Positions 57,921 to 64,000 of a stretch of DNA of 64,000 nucleotides are shown one piece after another. Made by a program: the position numbers and the translations under genes. Source of the DNA: Octopus vulgaris (lineage: Eukaryota). The stretch's first letter is position 1, and the number at the start of each line of letters is the position of its first letter. The DNA is taken from positions 86,552,001-86,616,000 of the forward strand of contig OX597821.1 in assembly GCA_951406725.2 (NCBI GenBank). Reading direction: 5' to 3'. The notes under the pieces were generated by a model. The model was given only the letters and a program-made list of their open reading frames with translations. It was not told where the DNA came from and ran no database searches.

Positions 57921-59455
57921 TAAGGAAATCTCCCTTTTTCTCACATACCCACTTTCTCTCTCATTATTACTCCCATTGCCACCAACAACACTACTACTTT
58001 TAATAAAACATCAGCTCTTCCTAAATCTCTGTCTCTTTCTCTTCCTCTCTGTTTGTTTCTTTCTCTCTCCCTCTCTCTTTCTGTCTTCGCCACCGCCCTC
58101 ACCATCTCTATGCCTACTATTACACCCCAGCATGAGGAAGTGTCACTCAAGAGTGAGAGAGGGGGTCAAAATGTGACACACTGACACACAGAAATTAGAT
58201 TTCAGAATTACATACTTTCATCAGGTTTGAACTAATACTTGTGAAACTCTTAGCTGTATTTATACAGGCTGCTATGCTTTGATATACATGTCTTTCTCAT
58301 TATCAGTCACATTGTGTTTTGGAGCTTTGGAAAGTTTGAAGATTACAAACAGGGGTAATGATCAAAATATCCCATTTTTCACAACATCTATTTCTGTTGG
58401 TGATGCCCTAACATAGCCACATTCCATAAGATCAAAAACAATATATAAAAAGAGGGGCTGTACAAACCTCAACAGCACAATCAACTTGTCCTCCACAAGA
58501 TACATTTTCACATGCTGGTATAGTCTGGCACTTTTCCAGAATCACTCTGAGTAAATCACGACAGCCCTAAATATAAAGAAGCAGTGATAGAGGGAGTACA
58601 TCAATCACAGTAATTATAGAAAACAAAATCTGGTGAAACTCTGTAAAATATATATTTCTTTACTACCCACAAGGGGCTAAACATAGAGAAGACAGACAAA
58701 CGGGTTGAGTCGATTACATCGACCCCAGTTCGTAACTGGTACTTAATTTATCGACCCCGAAAGGATGAAAGGCAAAGTCGACCTCGGCGGAATTTGAACC
58801 CAGAAGGTAACGGCAGACGAAATACAGCTACGCATTTCGCCCAGCGCGCTAACGTTTCTGCCAGCTCACCGCCTCTGTAAAATATAATTGATGTAATGTT
58901 GCTGAAAGGAGGGATAGGTAGAGAAAGAAAGGTGGGATTACATGAAGAGAAGTAAAAAGAATATTAGAGAAGAGAAGAGGAAGTGAAAAGGTGGAAGTAA
59001 AAATGGAGACTTAACAAGGCCACAAAGAGAGAGAGAGAGATAAATTCAGCAGAAGCATCTAAGTAAAATTTCTCTGCCCAAATGAGCCAATAAAGGAGCC
59101 TTTAGACAGCTGTTCAATCTGCTAGAAACAGCAGCAATATCTCTCTCAAATCATAACTTAAGAAAGAAGAACATATTAGATGAGATAGTATTAGATATAC
59201 TCTATTTGAAAAAGATGGGATGTTGACAGATGGATGATCTTCTGAATGAGAGCTAACTTGAGGCTATATAACACTAACCGATGAAACAAATTTTATAAAA
59301 GGGATTCAATAATTAGTAGTCCTACTGTACCTTATAGTCGACTCCGCCAATGATTTTCCTGATAAGGGCAAAAGTTTGAATCCACTGATCTTTTTGCTTA
59401 TAATGTAAGTTCTCACTGGTTAATAATGCTTCACAGATTGGTCTACATGTGAGAT

Positions 59456-59491
<36 letters not shown>

Positions 59492-62111
59492 AAACAGGAA
59501 TTATAAAATGTATGCAAAAACAAAGAGAAAATATATTTCTATTATCATTATTAACATTGGATGGTATACAAAGAACTGTTAACCTTTTAGCATTTAAACT
59601 GGCCATATCCGGCCAAAAGTATTCTGCCTGTTCTATGTTCAAACTGGCCAGATCTGGTCTCTCACACCAACCCTACAATATCGTTTTAAAAACTAACAGC
59701 TACCTCATCAAAATCTCATAGCTACAAGATAATGCATGATTTGTTCAAAACAATGTGGATGAAAAAGCATTAATTTTGGCAGAATAATGCAAACACTAAA
59801 GGGTTAAATCAATAACAAAGGGTTTCTCTCCCTCTCAGTGCCAAAAAAATGGTATGAAGTTTGTTTGAGCAGTGTGAGGATTTAAGGGCCTTTCTGTCTC
59901 ACTGTTTCTCCCACCCCTATGTCTTAGTTCTGTTTCCTTTTCTTTTCATTTACGTCCTCCAGCTTAAAAATTTATGCATCAAAATAAAAATACATTTATA
60001 AAATGTCGGATTGGCATGGATCCTGCCCCATATTATTAGCACAGTGGATTAAAACTGACTGAGTTTGGGGATTTATATATGTCACATTATTGGTAATTCC
60101 CCTTCAGACACTAAGGTTACATGGGGGTAATCTTTATATATAAAAGTAAGGTTGTGTGTCTGTCCCCTTCGATTTAGATTCCTAACTACTCCCACATTTT
60201 GTGGTGCAGTTTAACCAAAACCGGGTATCTTATAGTGGTGATTCATATCAAGCCCTTCTGGGTATTAGTGCGCGTCTACGATGAGTCTACGATTTAAAAA
60301 AAAATTTACCATCATTTTTTCCCATTTTTAATGCATTTTTTCGCTATTATATAAGGGAAGTAACTCTCTGAAAATGTCTACGATGAGTCAACGATTAAAA
60401 AAAAAATTTACCATCATTTTTTTTCCATTTTGAATGCATTTTTTTTGCTATTTTTTGGCTATAACTCTAAAAATGCTTATATAGTTATTTCCCTTACAAA
60501 CCTGGGCGATACTGCTAGTATAATATAAAGAAATCACTGCAAACAAAAGGGGCCATTCATCACAACTGACCTTAAATGCAGAATATCCAAATGAAATACT
60601 GATTAATTACCTTGATGGAACAACATTATTTTCAACCAGCATCTCTAAAAGGTCAAAAAGAGTTTGGGACCGTTTGCTGTTATGCTGCTTGTGAATACAT
60701 AGAACAAAGTAACGTAGAAAACTCTCTCTGGCCTCTGGATTTTCCTATAGTAAACATAACAAGAACATACATAAGAATTAGTTGTGAAATATTTTAATTT
60801 AAATTCTTAAATCTGATAGTTGCAGCTGGTTCACATGCTAACTGCAAAATTGATATTTCATATCTAGTTCCCAGTTTGATTTGGTCCACATTTACAACAA
60901 TGGTGACTAGACTATTAATTCTTAATGGTGTAGCCCTATAGTATAGTAAATAAGAACAAGGAGAGGGGCATTACTTTATGTAAGACTTCTTATTCAGTAG
61001 TCACACTTTCATTTCATTTCCCTTCTTCTTTCTATCTATCTTGACAAAGTATTAACTGCTCAAAATACTGATAACTCTTTCACTCCTTCATAGCATAACA
61101 CAATGACTTTGTACACCTGTTTGCAGGTTTTGCTTTTTTCTTTTTTTTAATGCTGAGAGATGGTAGTTAATAGTTGGGGTTACATTCAGGTTTCATAGTG
61201 TTTGGAGTAGCTATATCTCCTCCTGGGTAGGATATCAGTCTATTGCACAGGTAGTTTTCTCGCTACTCCTGACATCTATGTGAAATTCGAACCTGAAGTA
61301 TTAGCAGGATGTCCAATATTTTATCATCCCATCTCTTTTATAATCAATGCTAGAAGGCGCATGGCTCAGTGGTTAGAGTGTCGAGCTTTCGATCATGTGG
61401 TTGTGAGCTCGAATCCCAGACCGGGCTGCATGTTGTGTTCTTGAGCAAGACACTTTATTTCACGTTGCTCCAGTTCACTCAGCTGTAGAATGAGTTGCGA
61501 CGTCACAGGTACCAAGCTGTATTGGCCTTTGCCTTTCCCTTGGATAACACTGGTGGTGTGGAGAGGGGAGGCTGGTATGCATGGGCAACTGCAGCTCTTC
61601 CATAAACAACCTTGCCCGGACTTGTGCCTGGGAGGGTAACTTTCTAGGTGCAATCTCATGGTCAGTGTCGTGACCGAAGGGGGTCTCAGTGGTGTAGTAC
61701 AGTTTATCATCATCATTTTACATCCACTGTATATATATGTGTGTGTGTGTCTTTGAGTTTCTACCACACAACTGGTGCAGAAGTAACCAACTAAATAAAT
61801 ACCAGACTTAACAATAAATGTTCTGGGGTCAGTTTGTTCAACTAAATCTCTCAGAGAAGTGCCTCAGAATAACTGCAGTCCAAAGACTAACAAGTGAAAG
61901 ATGGAATGAAACCAAACGGGGAGTAACTCCATGTTTTAATGCAAAAAGTTATATAGCAAACAGAGGTCATCATCTCAAAAACCTAAACACTACTTACTTG
62001 AGGGCATGAACACCAGATCTTTTTCAATTTTTCAAAATGGTCTTTCTTAATCTTTTTTAAGTCATCAGTGTGGATCATAGTGCTGCAAAAAGCATCAATG
62101 GTCTCTTCCGT
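29679..62111 (-). CDS. MED23: Mediator of RNA polymerase II transcription subunit 23 (multi-exon, incomplete in this window/assembly)
   Basis: 16 exons with GT/AG boundaries and mutually compatible phases (after correcting one frameshift) translate to recognisable MED23 peptides, e.g. RKIIGGVDYKGCRDLL, YVLEQPYSREMVCNMLG, QLIFFVLFQF, GRDHLMWILLQFISGS, DYKIALLCNAYSTNS, LAPALVETYSRLLVYMEIESLGIK, YHIKYMFVGD. Start exon not found; about 650 aa missing across the N gap. Confidence 0.97.
29972..30773. mobile_element. hAT MITE containing a piggyBac-like MITE (30081-30653), which contains a SINE C (30284-30617)
   Basis: CAGGGGTTCTCAACC/GGTTGAGAACTACTG with AGCCAGAC/AGATAGAC TSD; TTAACCCTTT/AAAGGGTTAA; SINE flanked by ACATTTGATAG duplication. 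Confidence 0.85.
31059..31158. other. Assembly gap (100 N)
   Basis: Exactly 100 N, a typical placeholder for a gap of unknown size. Confidence 0.99.
31776..31950 (-). CDS. MED23: MED23 exon (QLLPNVFASQAWGILHTLLEMFSYRLHHIQPHYRVQLL...NQLHL)
   Basis: 175 nt, phase 1/2. Confidence 0.97.
32328..32557. repeat. Foldback inverted repeat (~85-bp arms) in a (TA)n context
   Basis: 32328-32417 vs 32473-32557. Confidence 0.85.
33820..33962 (-). CDS. MED23: MED23 exon (LIHSIVTKVIQMAKKKTNIALAPALVETYSRLLVYMEIESLGIKAFI)
   Basis: 143 nt, phase 2/1, ttgcAG/GTgagt. Confidence 0.97.
35020..35328 (-). mobile_element. tRNA-derived SINE family C
   Basis: Reverse complement of 30284-30617 and 61356-61688. Confidence 0.8.
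36470..36800 (+). mobile_element. CR1/L2-group LINE 3' end
   Basis: NSLGFRGPQLFN.L...FKTKLDLFLSGVPDEP; (AAGGATTT)n tail. Confidence 0.75.
36943..37111 (-). CDS. MED23: MED23 exon (YSTNSEYFSLPMAILVE...PLPMSLLDSLTVHAKM)
   Basis: 169 nt, phase 1/2. Confidence 0.96.
37694..37916. mobile_element. piggyBac-like MITE
   Basis: TTAACCCTTTAG...CTAAAGGGTTAA; copies at 30081-30653 and 59579-59806. Confidence 0.85.
39347..40060 (+). mobile_element. Old SINE A with a young RTE-3'UTR copy nested in its microsatellite (39565-39790, -)
   Basis: SINE head and tail split by the insertion. Confidence 0.8.
40106..40179 (-). CDS. MED23: MED23 exon (FLKHAFSQKNLLLGDYKIALLCNA)
   Basis: 74 nt, phase 2/1, DYKIALLCNA. 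Confidence 0.96.
41287..41799. mobile_element. pogo/Tigger-like MITE
   Basis: TIR CCGTAAATCCTCGAG / CTCGAAGATTTACGG-TA. Confidence 0.7.
41965..42166 (-). CDS. MED23: MED23 exon (LADFLPVLKLYDLLY...WIHLNK[fs]AHTDKARLQRPIPHALKDHL) with an apparent 1-bp deletion
   Basis: 202 nt; 203 nt is needed for homology and phase; A5 run (T at 42027-42031 on +) would need to be A6. Confidence 0.95.
42665..43038 (+). mobile_element. maT/DD37D-like transposon 3' fragment
   Basis: PNCNPMD..W...RFQNHLEAMLEAGDGYFE*, ends CACCCTGTA. Confidence 0.65.
44290..44376 (-). CDS. MED23: MED23 exon (LKDRNLKQGRDHLMWILLQFISGSVQKNP)
   Basis: 87 nt, tttttAG/GTatgt. Confidence 0.96.
44488..44965 (+). mobile_element. CR1-like LINE 3' end with (TTA)n tail
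   Basis: LESVQRRATKRIP..RHLPYSERL..NTRGH..FF..RVAEAWNKLP. Confidence 0.9.
45893..46096 (-). CDS. MED23: MED23 exon (VKQRCEALEEQLVDLVVIAMERSE...FPHMVMSLYEK)
   Basis: 204 nt, phase 0/0, QLLWQHLGSQLIFFVLFQF. Confidence 0.97.
46130..47030 (+). mobile_element. RTE-clade LINE fragment interrupted by an RTE-3'UTR copy (46308-46657, -)
   Basis: KGRVYWSCVRSAMLYGSEAWCL...W.GHVLRR...RPKKTW. Confidence 0.85.
47684..47779 (-). CDS. MED23: MED23 exon (DMLEPQKGLLCYVLEQPYSREMVCNMLGVTKQ)
   Basis: 96 nt, AG/GTgag, highly conserved. Confidence 0.96.
49302..49703 (+). mobile_element. SINE family A, full length
   Basis: Near-identical to 2610-3016; A-rich tail. Confidence 0.9.
49711..49820 (-). CDS. MED23: MED23 exon (GRQHLLPVVGYSTSNHVWRLNSGNLRFALSGALPYDR)
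   Basis: 110 nt, phase 1/0, LLPVV...WxL...LRF.L.G.LPYD. Confidence 0.94.
50668..52185 (+). mobile_element. RTE-clade LINE 3' half including 3'UTR and GAT-like tail
   Basis: ELLYADDL, FHYLG, RIRLGWAKFRELLP, MLHGSET, RGRPRKT; continues into the GAAGGGCATCC 3'UTR. Confidence 0.9.
53557..53626 (-). CDS. MED23: MED23 exon (KLGQVLAEFNQSFRLTAHMVSIA)
   Basis: 70 nt, phase 0/1, cattcAG/GTaagt. Confidence 0.9.
54102..54316 (+). mobile_element. 5'-truncated SINE (family D-related) with a 58-bp flanking duplication
   Basis: Shares TTGAGCGAAAACACCTAAAAGCTCCACGAGG with 55795-56178; direct repeats at 54044-54101 and 54317-54374. Confidence 0.75.
55255..55647 (-). mobile_element. SINE family A, full length
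   Basis: Reverse complement of the consensus. Confidence 0.9.
55795..56178 (-). mobile_element. tRNA-derived SINE family D
   Basis: Minus head GGCGCAATGGCCCAGTGGTTAGGGC..GGTTTCGATTCCC (A/B boxes); CpG-rich, so probably young. Confidence 0.8.
56209..56313 (-). CDS. MED23: MED23 exon (VVSAIIDRNSCLLPSYLAIFEISKLCADDKKWPHW)
   Basis: 105 nt, tttcAG/GTaatt, RNxCLLPxY...PHW. Confidence 0.94.
56937..57816 (-). mobile_element. Older non-autonomous Helitron-like element
   Basis: Minus 5' A|TCTTACATATTAAAA, 3' CCCAGGAATTACTGGG hairpin; terminal CTAG degenerate. Confidence 0.55.
58468..58566 (-). CDS. MED23: MED23 exon (GCRDLLRVILEKCQTIPACENVSCGGQVDCAVE)
   Basis: 99 nt, AG/GT, GxRDLLxVILEK motif. Confidence 0.93.
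59331..59442 (-). CDS. MED23: MED23 exon (PICEALLTSENLHYKQKDQWIQTFALIRKIIGGVDYK)
   Basis: 112 nt, phase 2/0, conserved RKIIGGVDYK. Confidence 0.95.
59579..59806. mobile_element. piggyBac-like MITE
   Basis: TTAACC..TTTAG / CTAAAGGGTTAA. Confidence 0.85.
60131..60518 (+). mobile_element. Non-autonomous Helitron
   Basis: A|TCTTTATATATAAAAG...CTGCTAG|T. Confidence 0.85.
60611..60744 (-). CDS. MED23: MED23 exon (ENPEARESFLRYFVLCIHKQHNSKRSQTLFDLLEMLVENNVVPS)
   Basis: AG/GTaatt boundaries, 134 nt, phase 0/2; IHxQHxxKR motif. Confidence 0.9.
61356..61688 (+). mobile_element. tRNA-derived SINE family C
   Basis: GGCGCATGGCTCAGTGGTTAGAG..GCTCGAATCCC head; TGTGTTCTTGAGCAAGACACT body. Confidence 0.85.
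61998..62111 (-). CDS. MED23: MED23 exon (TEETIDAFCSTMIHTDDLKKIKKDHFEKLKKIWCSCPQ)
   Basis: ttttgcAG acceptor, GTaagt donor, 114 nt, phase 0/0; resembles the MED23 N-terminus (TEVIEEAF...FWGGLSQ). Confidence 0.85.
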
Positions 62112-63062
62112 CTGCAAAAAAGAAAAACATTCATACTTTATGGTTTTCAGTTTCCTGGTAGGATTTATGTCCAGTTTGATCGGAGAGGTAAGATTGACTA
62201 TTTATTTAATCAGGACTTCTGAGATTGGCAGGAGAGAGGAAGATATCCAGAGACTATGTGGTAATAGTTGAACTATGTGGTAAAAATTGAATCTATCAGA
62301 CTACAACTCAAAATCAAAGAGCAAGAACAAATCATAAAATGCATTTTGACTGGCAGAGTGTAACAATTCCATCAATATATCAACCTGGATTAGTACATTA
62401 TTTGATCCACCTTAAAAATGAAAGGCAAAACTGACCTCAATGAGATTTGAAATCAAAGCACATACAAAGAGCTGAAATGAATACCATAAGGCATATGCAC
62501 ACACACACACACACGTCATCTTCATCATTATCAAAACCATCATTATTTCACATCCATGTGCCATGCCAGCACAGGTTGAATGGTTTGTTAAGATCCAATA
62601 AGCCCATGGACACTGCATCATGCTTCAAGTACGGCTTCTACAGCTGGATTGCCTTCCTAATGCCAATCACTGAACAGCATGTACTAGGGGCTTTTCTTTG
62701 CACCACTAGCAGCTTGCAACACTACAAATGCTAAGAGGCGGTGCAATTTTATGCGAGGAGAAAGGAATGGAGAGGAGCAAAGCATGAAAGAAAAGAGCCA
62801 GAACCGAATAAATTTCTTGTTGTTGAGGAGCTACATGACAACTCACACGGTAAAAGAGAGGGTGGGAGTGATCAGGTGGTAAAAGCAATGGTGGTGGACC
62901 TTCAAGACAGCAAGCTGGCAAAAACGTTAGCACGCCGGGCGAAATGCGTAGCAGTATTTCGTCTGCCGCTATGTTCTGAGTTCAAATTCCGCCGAGGTCG
63001 ACTTTGCCTTTCATCCGTTCGGGTCATAGTGCAAGTCAATAATAATAATTTATATATATATA

Positions 63063-64000
63063 TCATCATCATTTAACATCCGCTTTCCATGCTAGCATGG
63101 GTTGGATGATTTGACTGAGGACTGGGGAACCAGATGGCTGCACCAGGCTCCAATCTGATCAGGTAGAGTTTCTACAGCTGGATGCCCTTCCTAACGCCAA
63201 CCACTCCAAGAGTGTATTGGGTGCTTTTACGTGCCACCGACATGAGGGCCAGTCTGGCAGTAGTGGCAACAGCCACACTGAAATGATGTTTTATACATGC
63301 CACCTGCACTGGCGACGACCTCGCTCGAATGTTTCGTTCAAGTGCCAGTAAGGCGATGCTGTTAACGATCATGCTCAAATGGAGCTTTTTACAAGCCAGT
63401 CAGCTGCTCTGGCAGTGATCCCGCTTGGATGGAGCTGTCAGCGCTCCACTGGCATGGGTGCCAATCATTGAATTTGGTTCAATTTCGATTTCACTTGCCC
63501 CAACATGTCTTCGCAAGCAGAGTTTAGTGTCCAATGAAGGAAGTTTGGAATGGGTGCCAGTCGTCAAATTTGGTTCGATTTCGATTTCACTTGCCTCAAC
63601 AGGTCTTCACAAGCAGAGTTTTGTGTCCAAAGAAGGAAAGGTACACATAAGTGGGCTGGCTACACCCTTGGTAAAGGCCACAGGTTATGATCTCACTTGT
63701 CTTGCCGGGTCTTCTCACGCACAGCATATTTCCAAAGGATTCGGTCACTAGTCATTGCCTCGGTGAGGCCTAATGTTCGAAGGTCATGCTTCACCACCTC
63801 ATCCCAGGTCTACCTCTCCACAGGTTCCTTCAACCGCTAGGGTGTGGCACTTTTTCACACAGCTATCCTCATCCATTCTCGCCACATGACCATATCAGCG
63901 CAATCGTCTCTCTTGTACACCACAACTAATGCTTCTTAGGTCCAACTTTTCTCTCACAGTACTTACACTCTGTCGAGTATGCACACTGACATTACACATC
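63063..64000 (-). mobile_element. RTE-clade LINE 3' end with 3'UTR and (GAT)n tail; runs off the window end
   Basis: RRLR.YGHVARMDEDSCVKKCHTLAVEGTCG..WDEVVKHDL, then tandem subunits and GAT tail. Confidence 0.88.

Noticed and set aside
62112-64000. MED23 first coding exon or promoter
   Set aside because: No convincing ATG exon with a donor; the region is TE-filled, so the start is probably beyond the window

Overview
Eukaryotic, AT-rich, repeat-dense genomic window; the SINE, LINE and microsatellite content points to an octopus (coleoid cephalopod) genome, which is an inference. The one protein-coding gene I can support is MED23 (Mediator subunit 23) on the minus strand. I traced 16 GT-AG exons by eye (62111 down to the stop at 29679). 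The first coding exon was not found and is probably beyond the window end. Roughly 650 central/C-terminal residues are missing across a 100-N gap at 31059-31158, and one exon has a 1-bp frameshift in a homopolymer. The rest is mostly transposon-derived: four tRNA-SINE families, RTE, CR1-like and R4/Dong LINE fragments, mariner and Tc1/maT-like fossils, hAT, piggyBac and pogo-like MITEs, non-autonomous Helitrons, and long simple repeats. Most interesting: (1) a young 1.3-mer of a 431-bp unit inside (TA)n carrying an intact type I hammerhead ribozyme (retrozyme or Penelope pLTR-like, 10582-11161), plus two CpG-decayed hammerheads at about 26.9 and 27.2 kb; (2) (TA)n-embedded foldback elements, several sharing a terminal motif; (3) an R4/Dong element with twin-priming-like inverted geometry; (4) a CpG and TE-composition boundary near 23.9 kb. 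Nearly all long ORFs in the supplied track are microsatellite artefacts.
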